A DNA stretch of 64,000 bases from a virus. Of the stretch, positions 38,568-48,177 are shown in pieces. Below the pieces are notes generated by a model. The model was not told the origin of the DNA. It saw only the letters and a program-made list of their open reading frames with translations, and ran no database searches. A program made the position numbers and the translations under genes. The DNA is taken from positions 32,001 through 96,000 of the IMG/VR virus record IMGVR_UViG_3300020596_000014; one strand, written 5' to 3'. Each line of letters begins with the position of its first letter. The stretch's first letter is position 1.

Positions 38568-39113
38568 ATGTCTAAGACATCGTTGTCACAACTCGTCAAG
38601 CAGATCGTGATCGAACAGCTCGCCCGTGCCCAAGTTCGTGCACTTCTGGAAGCGGTCGAGATCACTGATCCAGCTGTCGTTGCGAACAAGATGAAGGATC
38701 TATACAACCAAATCTGGGACACCGACGTGTTCACCGTCGAGCAGGATGGAAGAAGCTTCACCGTCAAAGGCCCTAGGGCTGTGCCCGTGAACGGGAAGAC
38801 GCCGGACATTGGAAACAGTTCTAGTTTTGGTTCGCGTGATCCGAGCAAGCAAGGTCAAGAGTACCTGGACGACAACACACAGATCGTCAAGCTCAACAAA
38901 AACAAAGTCATGCAGACGTTGAAGTCGATGCTTCCCTCGACCATGAAGATGAAGATCGGAGGCGCCGACTCTATCGTGTTCTACGGTGAGAACACACGGG
39001 TTGTTTGGAATTGGTACATGGTCAGCAGCAACGAGATCTGGGGATTCGTCGAAGCAAACAAGAACGGAAGCTTGGCAGATTCTCCCGCACCTGCTAGCGT
39101 CATCAAGGTCTGA
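38568..39113 (+). CDS. hypothetical protein, candidate internal head protein
   Basis: TATCTA upstream; MSKTSLSQLVKQIVIE...ALLE. Confidence 0.65.
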   Translation: MSKTSLSQLVKQIVIEQLARAQVRALLEAVEITDPAVVANKMKDLYNQIWDTDVFTVEQDGRSFTVKGPRAVPVNGKTPDIGNSSSFGSRDPSKQGQEYLDDNTQIVKLNKNKVMQTLKSMLPSTMKMKIGGADSIVFYGENTRVVWNWYMVSSNEIWGFVEANKNGSLADSPAPASVIKV

Positions 39114-39520
39114 TGCTTATTAAGCGGCTGCGAAAGAAACGTCGCAGCCGCCGAGCGAAGCGTGGCATTCACGTTTCACCCAAACATATTGACCCCTTCA
39201 ACTTCCGCTCTGGGTGGGAGCAGAAGTACGCGCTGTGGCTCGACGGCAACGTGAACGTTGTCTCATATCGCTACGAGCCGTACGCGGTCGAGTACCTCTC
39301 AAACGTGCGCACCGGCAAGATTCGCAAATATTACCCCGACTTCGAGGTGACGTGGGCAGACGGGAATAAGACGCTCGTCGAGATAAAGCCGAAGAAGAAA
39401 GTGACTGTTGCGAAGAACGTGAAGAAGTTCGCGGCCGCATCCATTTTTTGTCTTAAAAACGGGATGACTTTCGTTATCGTAACTGAAGTTGACTTGAAGA
39501 CTCTAGGCTTGCTTAAGTGA
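39113..39520 (+). CDS. TnsA-like endonuclease (T4 gp4 head-completion-like)
   Basis: FRSGWE, YEP..VEY, YYPDF, LVEIKP, FVIVTE. Confidence 0.8.
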   Translation: MLIKRLRKKRRSRRAKRGIHVSPKHIDPFNFRSGWEQKYALWLDGNVNVVSYRYEPYAVEYLSNVRTGKIRKYYPDFEVTWADGNKTLVEIKPKKKVTVAKNVKKFAAASIFCLKNGMTFVIVTEVDLKTLGLLK

Positions 39521-40062
39521 GAATATTAGGATTAGATTTAAGCACAAGTTGCGTCGGCTACTGTATTCTCGAGTCAACCGATCGCAGCATCGTCGAGCTC
39601 GGTCACATCTCACTGAAGAACGTCGAAGGCTTGTTCAACAAGATCGACGACATCGTCCCGAAGGTCGCTGCCCTTCTTGTCGGTCACAACATCTCGAAGT
39701 GCTTCATCGAAGAGCCAGTTCAGATGTTTACGATGGGCATGTCGTCGGCGCACACGATCCTCACGCTCGCCAAGTTCAACGCTCTCGTGTCTTATCACGT
39801 GCGCAACCAGCTCGGTGACGCCAATATTGCGTTCGTGAAGCCGAACGAAGCGCGGAAGTCTTGCGGAATCATTCTCACGACAAAGGCGAAAGCGGGTGGC
39901 GCTTCGCAAAAAGAGCAAACATTTTCTCAACTTACGGCCCCCAACGGGTTGCTGTCTCACATTAAGTGGGACATGACAAAGACCGGCAAGGTGAAGCCTG
40001 AATCGTATGATCGTGCGGATGCATATGTTGTGGCCATTTACGGCGCCGTAAAAACGAAATAA
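39517..40062 (+). CDS. RuvC-like Holliday junction resolvase
   Basis: ILGLDLST, FIEE, KEQ, DRADAYVVA. Confidence 0.85.
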   Translation: MRILGLDLSTSCVGYCILESTDRSIVELGHISLKNVEGLFNKIDDIVPKVAALLVGHNISKCFIEEPVQMFTMGMSSAHTILTLAKFNALVSYHVRNQLGDANIAFVKPNEARKSCGIILTTKAKAGGASQKEQTFSQLTAPNGLLSHIKWDMTKTGKVKPESYDRADAYVVAIYGAVKTK

Positions 40063-40084
40063 CAGAGACCTAGCTTCTGGGACA

Positions 40085-41074
40085 GTGATAACCGTCTCAC
40101 AGAAGTACGAGCTCCTCGTGAAGCTTCTTGGTCCTGGAAACATCGACAATCGCGCAATCAACGCGCAATTTTGGTGTCCGTTCTGTAAACATCAAGACGG
40201 GAAGAAGCGAAAGCTCGCCGTACGTCTTGCCGACGGTGTGACCCATTGCTGGGTCTGTAACTGGTCCGCTAAGAGCCCGACGAAGCTCGTCTCTATTCTT
40301 GGAGCTCACCGTCTGCTCACGGATCTCGTTGCTGCCTTTGGAGACGGTGGACCTGTCGCCGAGGAAGAAATTATCGAGACAGTTGTCGAGGCAAAGCTCC
40401 CGACAGACTTCACTCTCGTTTGCGATGAGATCGACCGCGGCGTCTACAACCAAGACAAGATCGACGCGATCGCTTATCTCCAGAAGCGAGGAATCACGTA
40501 CAACACTGCTAAGTATTTCAGGCTTGGTGTCTCGTCCTCAGGTGCATTCAGACGTCGAGTCGTCTTCCCTTCGTTCGACGGCGAAGGTGCTCTTAACTTC
40601 GTCACAGCGCGCGCAATCGACGATGCCACCACATTCAAGTACTTCAACACTCAGAGACAGCGCTCTGAAATCGTGTTCAACGAAGTCGATGTAGCTTGGA
40701 ATCGTGAGTTGATTTTGGTCGAGGGTCCGTTTGACCTTACAGCATGTGTTGGCATGAATGCTGCCCCGATGCTCGGCTCATGGCTCGACGAGAACTATCT
40801 TCTCTTCAATCGCATCGTACTCAATCGTACACCTGTGTGCTTGGCATTTGACCCTGATGCTATTACAAAGCAAGCAAAGGTTGCGGCGCGACTGTTGCGT
40901 TATGAGATCCCTGTACGAGTTGTCGATTGGGCAGGACATCCAATGGATCATGACCCTTCAAAAGTCGGTCACGCAGGTTTTCGACAAATGGTGAAAGACG
41001 CGAAAGCATTTGACGAGACAAGCGTTTTTCGCTCAAGACTCACGAGAGCTTTAGATTCAATGAGGTTAACCTAG
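40085..41074 (+). CDS. DNA primase (Zn finger plus TOPRIM)
   Basis: CPFC...HCWVC, YL.KRGI, RVVFP, LVEGPFD, FDPDA. Confidence 0.88.
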   Translation: MITVSQKYELLVKLLGPGNIDNRAINAQFWCPFCKHQDGKKRKLAVRLADGVTHCWVCNWSAKSPTKLVSILGAHRLLTDLVAAFGDGGPVAEEEIIETVVEAKLPTDFTLVCDEIDRGVYNQDKIDAIAYLQKRGITYNTAKYFRLGVSSSGAFRRRVVFPSFDGEGALNFVTARAIDDATTFKYFNTQRQRSEIVFNEVDVAWNRELILVEGPFDLTACVGMNAAPMLGSWLDENYLLFNRIVLNRTPVCLAFDPDAITKQAKVAARLLRYEIPVRVVDWAGHPMDHDPSKVGHAGFRQMVKDAKAFDETSVFRSRLTRALDSMRLT

Positions 41075-41674
41075 ATGCGCATAGGGCACTTAGCTGATAT
41101 TCACGTGCGCGGGCTATCGCGACACGACGAGATTCGAACCGTTATTACCGCGTTTTGTGAGGATGCTAAACAGCGGAAGCTTGATCATATTGTGATAGCA
41201 GGAGATATTTTCCACACAAAATGTTCAGGTATCACGCCCGAATCTATCGATCTGATGGCATGGATGTTTCGTGAACTTGCCAAGGTCGCGAAGCTTCACG
41301 TTACGCTTGGTAATCACGACGGCGCGCTCTCTAACTTCACACGACAGGATGCCATCTCACCCATCATCACGGCCATCGCAGACCCCAACATTGTTCTATA
41401 CAAACAGAGCGGCGTTTATCAGATGGAGTCTGGCGTCAACCTTTGCGTCTACAGCTTGTTTGATCGCGAGAGGTGGGACGCGGTGGCGGCGGTCGAGGGC
41501 GACTACAACATCGCTGTCTACCACGGCTCCGTTGCTGGAGCTGTCTCCGAAGACGGCTGGGTGTTGAAGTCCGAAGTCAGCGTGCAATGGTTCGAGGACA
41601 AGAAGTTCGATTTAGTTTTGCTTGGAGACATCCACAAGCAGCAGTACCTCGGGTACAGGGAGTATGAGGAGTGA
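41075..41674 (+). CDS. sbcD: SbcD/Mre11 (gp47-like) metallophosphoesterase, N-terminal part
   Basis: HLADIH, AGDIFH, LGNHD, YHG, LGDIHKQQ; the ORF stops right after the last motif. Confidence 0.85.
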   Translation: MRIGHLADIHVRGLSRHDEIRTVITAFCEDAKQRKLDHIVIAGDIFHTKCSGITPESIDLMAWMFRELAKVAKLHVTLGNHDGALSNFTRQDAISPIITAIADPNIVLYKQSGVYQMESGVNLCVYSLFDRERWDAVAAVEGDYNIAVYHGSVAGAVSEDGWVLKSEVSVQWFEDKKFDLVLLGDIHKQQYLGYREYEE

Positions 41675-41880
41675 GACGCAAGTCAGAACGTCACGCGCTC
41701 TCTGGCGATGTCTGGCATTGCGAATACACACATCGTACCTGGATCATTGTTGGCAAAGGATCCGGGTACATGTTTGAAAAGGTATGGGCTGCACTTGACG
41801 TTGACACAGGCGAACTAATCCAGCGCGCCGCGTTCATCGACCTCAAATTCGGTCATGGATGGAAGAAGATCGCGCCTTGA
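41671..41880 (+). CDS. hypothetical protein
   Basis: GTGA-coupled ORF inside the split sbcD locus. Confidence 0.5.
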   Translation: MRRKSERHALSGDVWHCEYTHRTWIIVGKGSGYMFEKVWAALDVDTGELIQRAAFIDLKFGHGWKKIAP

Positions 41881-42755
41881 GAACATGTGCTCGATGTTCG
41901 CAACCGTTGCGCGGGAAGCAGAAAGTGTACTGCTCGCGTACATGTCAAGCGCGTCACTTAGGAGCTAAAGCGGCGTTTATTGCTGTTCGCAACTGCGCGA
42001 CCTGTAACGTTGAGCTCGTGATCCGCAACCGACGAACTGGACTTCATGAACGAGTGTATTGCTCCAAGAAATGCTACGGCATTCATTTGAGCGTTGCATA
42101 TCAGGGTGACGGTAACCCTGGAGTGAATCGTTCTCGTTCAGAAGAGGAAACCGAGAAACGTCGAGCCTCAATGAAGAAGAAATGGCAAGACAAACAGTAT
42201 TGCGAAAATGTGAAGATCGGGCAGCTTTCATTCGTTGAACAGAACGGGCATTGGGGAGGAATGGATGAAGAAAGTTTTGCGAAACGACGTTCTACTTGTC
42301 GTGTTCGTTTTGGTGTTGATCATCCATGGATGCTTTCTTTGATTCGCGAAAAATGCGAAACAACTTCGCTAGAACGTCACGGTAAACACTCGTGGCAGAT
42401 AGCGAAAGCCGCGATCCCAACATCAGACACTCGACCTGAGTTGCGTTTCGCGTCTATGTTGATAGACGCGAACGTGCCTTATCTTCATCCTTTTGACGTG
42501 TACTACTCAGAGACACGAAAATTTGAGTATGACTTCTACATGCCTGGTAAACGAGTTTTAGTCGAGGTAGACGGAGATTACTGGCATGCTCATCCGGACA
42601 AATATTCAACGCTAAACGAAACCCAAAAGCGTGTTCGTGTGCTTGATTTTCGAAAGAACGAACTTGCTGAACAACTTAGCTTGAAGCTAGTTCGAGTATG
42701 GGAATCTGATGTGATGAACAACAAATTGTCTAAGGTAATCGAGGACTTACAATGA
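41877..42755 (+). CDS. Vsr/DUF559-like homing-type endonuclease with N-terminal Zn fingers
   Basis: CARC..YCSRTC, CATC..YCSKKC; TRPE, YDFY, VEVDGDYWH, LVRVWE. Confidence 0.8.
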   Translation: MRTCARCSQPLRGKQKVYCSRTCQARHLGAKAAFIAVRNCATCNVELVIRNRRTGLHERVYCSKKCYGIHLSVAYQGDGNPGVNRSRSEEETEKRRASMKKKWQDKQYCENVKIGQLSFVEQNGHWGGMDEESFAKRRSTCRVRFGVDHPWMLSLIREKCETTSLERHGKHSWQIAKAAIPTSDTRPELRFASMLIDANVPYLHPFDVYYSETRKFEYDFYMPGKRVLVEVDGDYWHAHPDKYSTLNETQKRVRVLDFRKNELAEQLSLKLVRVWESDVMNNKLSKVIEDLQ

Positions 42756-45298
42756 AAAAGCTAGTGCCTTGGATCGGATTTGCCGGGTCGACTCTCCAAA
42801 ACACCTACGCCGAAGACCTTGAGCATGGGTACCTCGTCTGGGACGTAGACAAGAAGCAGCGCAAGCACACAGTTGAGTTCGTCGGCCTGCCCAACCCTCG
42901 TCCGTTCGTGACGGTTGATTGGCAAGGCGACGTCGAATCGACGTACGAGTCTGCCTCGACGTGGCCGCAGATGAGTCGCTTCCGCATCCGTTCCGCGTAC
43001 TCACTTCCGTCGTCCGACGCAGCCTCGCTCAGCGCGAAGCTTCGAAAGGAGAAGCAGGCAACCGAGATCATTTTCAAGTCTGACGATGAGGAGTCTGCAA
43101 AGAAGTTCGCCTCAGCCAGCCTCGGCGTCGACGTGCGTTCCCTCGACGCGGTCGAAAGCATGTTACGCGAGTACTACTCAAACGAGCCGCTGGACGATCA
43201 GACATGGGACGGGATGCACGACGCGCTGTCCTCGGCGCACTCGCGTGTGATGACTGAGGATGACACGGCTCGCGGAACTGTGTGGACCCTGAGAAGCCTG
43301 GAGTTCGAGAATCTGTTCGGCTACGGCGGGTCGAACCGCATCAACTTTGAGGACAAGTCTGGGATCGTCGGCATCTTCGGGCCGAACCGCATCGGCAAGT
43401 CCGGTATCGTTGGTGCCATCATGTATACCCTCTTCAACACGTCCGACCGCGGCGCAGGGAAGAACGCGCACATCGTCAACAAGCGTAAGAAGATCGGCAC
43501 CGCCCGGGCAGTTGTGAACGTGGTTGGCTCTGACTACGAGATCAAGCGACAGTCTGAGAAGGTCACCTCACGTGGGCTGCTCACGGCCAACACTTCGCTC
43601 GAGCTCAAGCAGTTGGACGGGGACGCTGTCAACCTGACCGGCGAACAACGGCCGGATACCGAGAAGAACGTTCGCAAGCTGATTGGGAACTACGAGGACT
43701 TCGTCGTGACCTGCGGATCGATGCAGGACGACGTCGCTCGCTTCCTTCGAGAAGGAGCCACACAACGGAAGGCCATCCTATCTCGCTTCCTCGGGATCGA
43801 CGTCTTTGAGAAGATCTATGCCCTGCTCAACAGCGAGCTCAGCGAAGTGAAGAGCAAGTTGAAGAACGTTGCTTCGCGTGACGATCTACTCACCGAGCTG
43901 ATGGAAGTTGAAAAGGATCAACAGATGCGTCGCGACACAGTCGCTTTCCTCGAGGAGAAGAAGCCGTCGCTTGACGAGGCACGCTCACAGGCCTACGTTG
44001 AAGTCCAGAACCTCGCAACAGCCGTCACCATTCGCAAGGCGACTGCTGCCAAAAACGACCTCATCAAGCAGTCAATGCAGACGATGTGTGAGTGCGAGGT
44101 CGTTATGATTCCGTTGCAGGCAAAGATCAACGAAGCAAGCGACGAGATCGTCGTCTTCGAAGCGCAGCTGAGTCAGTGCTTCACGTGGGACGAGATGGAC
44201 ACGCGACGCAGTCAAATCAGCGACGCGAAGCTGGCCGTGCAGGCGCTAAAGGCCGACGCTGACAAGCGAGCTGTTGAGCTCGCTCGTTCAAAAAAGGTGT
44301 CCCTGAAGTTGATTGACGTTCCATGCGGCGACGAGTTTCCTGGTTGCGTGTACATCAAAGACGCTCATGAGGAGAAGCGACGAATCCCGATGCTTGAACT
44401 GGAGTTTCAGGCTGCAGCAGTGAAGCACACGGAATCGTTGTCGACGATCACGCAGCTCGGTGAGGATGACCTCAACGCCGCGCGTGACATACGCAAGAGG
44501 CTCGAGACCTCGATCTCTGTCACGAAGGACGGCATTCGGGCGAACAAGCTTCGTTTGAAGACGCTTCAGGATAAGCACGACAAGGCGAAGGCCGACGCCG
44601 AGAAGTATGCGACCATCTTACTTGTTGAGAGTGATGTTGAGGAACGTCACGTATCTGCTGTGATCACTCACAAGATGCTGACCGACGAACTCGCCGCTCT
44701 CGAGTTGGAGCTCAAGCAGTGCGCAAACCAACTTGGACGATGCGAGGTGAACATCGCCGCGTTGCGCGAATCGCTTGAAACCCGAGTCATGCTCGAACGT
44801 CAGAGTCGCATCCGTGAACTGCTTGTGAACGCGTTCTCGCGTCGGGGCATCCCCAACATCGTGCTTGGCAAGCTGTTGCCTGCCGTGAACGACGAGATGA
44901 GCAAGATCTTGGACGGAATCACCAACTTCAACGTGACGCTCGTCGCCGAGGACGCTACCAATGCGCTCGAGATCTTCATCGACGATGGTGAGTCTGGTAA
45001 GGAGAGCATGCGACCGCTCGAGCTCGGGTCTGGTATGGAGAAGACGATGGCATCTCTCGCCTTGCGTGTCGCTTTGAGCAATCTCACGACGCTGCCTAAG
45101 ACCGACTTCATGATCATTGACGAGGGCTTCGGTTCGCTCGATGATGTGAACGCCGTCGCCTGCGTGTCCTTGTTGAAGTCGCTCAAGCGATGGTTCCGCT
45201 TCGTGCTTATTATCAGTCACGTGGACATCATTAAGGACGCCGTAGACTGTCACATCGACGTGGTCACTACGACCGACGGTGCGTTGGTGCTGTCGTGA
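42752..45298 (+). CDS. sbcC: SbcD C-terminal part fused to SbcC/Rad50 (gp46-like) ATPase
   Basis: N-terminal WIGFAGSTLQNTYAE..HGYLVWD; GPNRIGKS (Walker A), MQDD, coiled coil, GSGME, IIDEGFGSLD, IISH. Confidence 0.88.
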   Translation: MKKLVPWIGFAGSTLQNTYAEDLEHGYLVWDVDKKQRKHTVEFVGLPNPRPFVTVDWQGDVESTYESASTWPQMSRFRIRSAYSLPSSDAASLSAKLRKEKQATEIIFKSDDEESAKKFASASLGVDVRSLDAVESMLREYYSNEPLDDQTWDGMHDALSSAHSRVMTEDDTARGTVWTLRSLEFENLFGYGGSNRINFEDKSGIVGIFGPNRIGKSGIVGAIMYTLFNTSDRGAGKNAHIVNKRKKIGTARAVVNVVGSDYEIKRQSEKVTSRGLLTANTSLELKQLDGDAVNLTGEQRPDTEKNVRKLIGNYEDFVVTCGSMQDDVARFLREGATQRKAILSRFLGIDVFEKIYALLNSELSEVKSKLKNVASRDDLLTELMEVEKDQQMRRDTVAFLEEKKPSLDEARSQAYVEVQNLATAVTIRKATAAKNDLIKQSMQTMCECEVVMIPLQAKINEASDEIVVFEAQLSQCFTWDEMDTRRSQISDAKLAVQALKADADKRAVELARSKKVSLKLIDVPCGDEFPGCVYIKDAHEEKRRIPMLELEFQAAAVKHTESLSTITQLGEDDLNAARDIRKRLETSISVTKDGIRANKLRLKTLQDKHDKAKADAEKYATILLVESDVEERHVSAVITHKMLTDELAALELELKQCANQLGRCEVNIAALRESLETRVMLERQSRIRELLVNAFSRRGIPNIVLGKLLPAVNDEMSKILDGITNFNVTLVAEDATNALEIFIDDGESGKESMRPLELGSGMEKTMASLALRVALSNLTTLPKTDFMIIDEGFGSLDDVNAVACVSLLKSLKRWFRFVLIISHVDIIKDAVDCHIDVVTTTDGALVLS

Positions 45299-45492
45299 GA
45301 CACTGGAAGCGCAAAGGTGACGCCTCAGGCCGACCGTCCTTATTTTGCCCAAAGTGTGATCGTTGCATGTCGTCGGTCGACGACGTTCGCTCACGTCAAG
45401 AACGTGGTTTTTGCCATCGTTGCTCAGAGAATGGCGCCGTGTCCGAGTTCCAGACGGACGATGTGATGATCGTTATCCGAGAAGACGCCTAA
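45295..45492 (+). CDS. small Zn-finger protein
   Basis: CPKC...CHRC; coupled start. Confidence 0.6.
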   Translation: MRHWKRKGDASGRPSLFCPKCDRCMSSVDDVRSRQERGFCHRCSENGAVSEFQTDDVMIVIREDA

Positions 45493-45503
45493 CTATCAAG
45501 AAC

Positions 45504-45962
45504 ATGACTAGCAAGAACATCGACCTGAACGCCCTCGGACAGGCAATTGACACGTCGTTCACGCGGTCGAGTGCCTCGTCTGGCCCGGTTCTCTCGACAT
45601 ATTCGGTCAAGGCTGGCTTCGTTGCTGGTGATAAGCTCAAGATCAAGGTGGTCTATTCGACCATTGTGAACATGGTGCGTGATCGCGAGCTGCAGGAGTC
45701 GAAGGAACAGTACGAGAAGGAAGGCGACGCCTACATCGATGCTGCCACGAAGCAGATCGTTAAAGAGTACAAGGTGTGGGTCGCCCCGGGTGAGAACGAC
45801 GTCGATAAGCAAGCGTTCGACGATGACGATGATTTCTCTAAGAGTTCCATCAAACTCAAGCGGATCGACGTGACGACCAACATCGAGATCGTCAATCTCA
45901 ACATTTACAACAACAAACGAAGCGCGCTCTTCCGTCGAATCGCCTTGTTCGAAGTGAGCTGA
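45504..45962 (+). CDS. hypothetical protein upstream of terminase
   Basis: ATG 45504 after TAACTA. Confidence 0.65.
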   Translation: MTSKNIDLNALGQAIDTSFTRSSASSGPVLSTYSVKAGFVAGDKLKIKVVYSTIVNMVRDRELQESKEQYEKEGDAYIDAATKQIVKEYKVWVAPGENDVDKQAFDDDDDFSKSSIKLKRIDVTTNIEIVNLNIYNNKRSALFRRIALFEVS

Positions 45963-45965
45963 GCT

Positions 45966-47660
45966 TTGAGCGGATCCGCCTCGAGCCGTCGGCAAATCGT
46001 CCCGCGCGCGTCTCCTAGAGGGACGCAGTTAGACGAGCTCGTGAAGTGCGGGCGCGACCCATCATACTTCACGAATCAGTATTGCAAGATTCAGCACCCG
46101 AAGCGCGGCACTGTTCCATTCGTGACCTACCCGTTCCAGAACGATTGTCTGAAAGCGTTTCGGAAGCACGCTTTCAACATTGTGCTCAAGTCACGTCAGC
46201 TTGGTCTCTCGACCGTCACCGCGGCGTTCGCTGTCTGGACAGCTCTCTTCCGTCGGGACAAGAATATTCTTGTTATCGCGACCAAGCTATCGACCGCAAA
46301 GAATTTCATCAAAAAAGTCGTCAAGATCCTCGACAACCTGCCTCCATGGATGCGTCTGTGCAACTACGAGAAGAGTCAACAAGAGGTCAGATTCGAGAAC
46401 GGATCGCAGATCAAAGCGATCCCGACTACCGACGACGCCGGTCGTTCTGAGGCTCTCTCACTGCTCATCGTGGACGAGGCGGCGTTCGTTCGTAATTTCG
46501 AGGAGATCTGGTCTGCCTTGTTCCCAACACTGTCTGAGGGTGGGAGCGCCATCGTGCTGTCGACCCCGAACGGCGTCGGCGGACAGTATCACAACCTGTG
46601 GCTCGGCGCTGAAACGGAGGGTTTCGGCGAAGACTCTATGGGTGATAACGGGTTCCACCCGATCCGTCTCCCGTGGCAGGTTCACCCAGAGCACGGTGAA
46701 GAGTACTTTGACAAGATGTCAAAGAAGCTTGGCCCTCGCAAGACGGCGCAAGAGCTACTCTGTGACTTCCTCTCGTCTGGAGAGAACTTCATCAAGGCTG
46801 TCACCAGCATCTGGATCAATCAAGAACAACGTACGCCGATCTCAAGAGAAGGACCTGAGGGCGCCGTTTGGGTGTGGGAGACCCCGAAACTCGGGCACAA
46901 ATATCTCATTTCCGCCGACGTCGCGCGAGGTGACGCAAGCGACTGCACCACGTTTATTGGTATCAACATGACGACCGGTGAGCAGGCCTTTGAATATCAA
47001 GGGAAGATTTATCCAGACGTGCTCGCTGAGAATCTTGATTTCTACGGGCGGAAGTATAACAACGCGCTCGTCTCCGTCGAGGCGAACACATTTGGTAACC
47101 ACACACTTATCGATCTTAAGAAGTTCCGCTACCCCAATATCTTCTACCGCACGGCCCCGCGTCACTCGATTGAGAACTACTACCCGAGCGAGAAGGACAA
47201 GGCTGGCTTCGATACACAGACCGCGACCCGTCAGGACGCGCTCGCTCGCTTCGAGGACAGCATGCGTTGTCACGTCATCACACCGCGCTCGAGTCGCTTC
47301 TATGAAGAGATTCAATCGTTCGTCTGGATCAACGAGAAGCCTCAGGCGAAGAAGGGCAAGCATGATGACCTCATTATGGCGATGGCGATCGCCTCGTGGG
47401 TTTACCGAACGTATTTCGAAATTTACCGCCTCGGCTGCATGGGCCCAGATGGGCACCTCCGCTTGACGAGTGAGAAACCGCTCTTCATGTACATGTCAAA
47501 GACTTCTAAAACACTACTGGCTCCGATCAGCCCTGCATATCTTGTTAGTCGGGATGCCGGACCGTCTCGAGATCCAAACTTGGTTCGAGAGGAACGTCGG
47601 AGACAGCTTCCGTCTGGCGTCGCGCAGGACATAGAGGACAACAAGTGGTTGATCAGCTGA
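45966..47660 (+). CDS. terL: terminase large subunit (T4 gp17-like)
   Basis: YPFQ, KSRQLGLST, LIVDEAAF, LSTPNG, ADVARG, VEAN, HDDLIMA. Confidence 0.95.
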   Translation: MSGSASSRRQIVPRASPRGTQLDELVKCGRDPSYFTNQYCKIQHPKRGTVPFVTYPFQNDCLKAFRKHAFNIVLKSRQLGLSTVTAAFAVWTALFRRDKNILVIATKLSTAKNFIKKVVKILDNLPPWMRLCNYEKSQQEVRFENGSQIKAIPTTDDAGRSEALSLLIVDEAAFVRNFEEIWSALFPTLSEGGSAIVLSTPNGVGGQYHNLWLGAETEGFGEDSMGDNGFHPIRLPWQVHPEHGEEYFDKMSKKLGPRKTAQELLCDFLSSGENFIKAVTSIWINQEQRTPISREGPEGAVWVWETPKLGHKYLISADVARGDASDCTTFIGINMTTGEQAFEYQGKIYPDVLAENLDFYGRKYNNALVSVEANTFGNHTLIDLKKFRYPNIFYRTAPRHSIENYYPSEKDKAGFDTQTATRQDALARFEDSMRCHVITPRSSRFYEEIQSFVWINEKPQAKKGKHDDLIMAMAIASWVYRTYFEIYRLGCMGPDGHLRLTSEKPLFMYMSKTSKTLLAPISPAYLVSRDAGPSRDPNLVREERRRQLPSGVAQDIEDNKWLIS

Positions 47661-47691
47661 AAGTCGAATACTACCTACCGGAAGGGAAGCT

Positions 47692-48153
47692 ATGGCAAAC
47701 ACCGAAAAGCAAAACATGAACGAGCTCCGTCGTCAGATCCGCTCGATGATCCAGGAGACGATCGGTCTTGGAGCCCCGACGGGCCCGAGCGGCACGCCTA
47801 GGCCCGGCGGCGTTGGCGAGGTTATCGGCACATCCAACGCCGAAAAGAAGATGACGCTGAACGTGTCTGTCAAACCGGACGCGACCATCCAATCGTCTGT
47901 TGTAGATATCACCAAATCTGCTGCGTACGGTCTTGAGCGCCTCGAGCTGCTCAAGAAACGCGACTTCCCGACGCACAAGTCAGCGAACGCGGTCAGCACC
48001 GCTCTTGACGCGCTTGAGCTCATCTTCCAGGATATGCTCAAGAACCCAATGGGTTACCTCGATGAGGACCCGACCGAGAAGGTTGCTGAGTACGAGCAGT
48101 CGCTTGACTCCGAAGAGGCATTACTCTCTAAAGGTGCGCCGGCCACGTTCTGA
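47692..48153 (+). CDS. hypothetical protein, candidate internal head protein
   Basis: TACCTA upstream; NELRRQIRSMIQE. Confidence 0.65.
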   Translation: MANTEKQNMNELRRQIRSMIQETIGLGAPTGPSGTPRPGGVGEVIGTSNAEKKMTLNVSVKPDATIQSSVVDITKSAAYGLERLELLKKRDFPTHKSANAVSTALDALELIFQDMLKNPMGYLDEDPTEKVAEYEQSLDSEEALLSKGAPATF

Positions 48154-48177
48154 TTGGCGTATCTTCACTAGAGGAAT

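Noticed and set aside
39113-39520. TnsA-like gene as evidence of a Tn7 transposon
   Set aside because: No TnsB/TnsC or transposon ends are present. The same fold is used by T4 gp4 and by phage homing endonucleases.
41674-42752. Group I intron or split intein joining the sbcD halves
   Set aside because: The interval is fully occupied by coupled ORFs, and neither fragment shows intein blocks. RT-PCR would still be needed for certainty.
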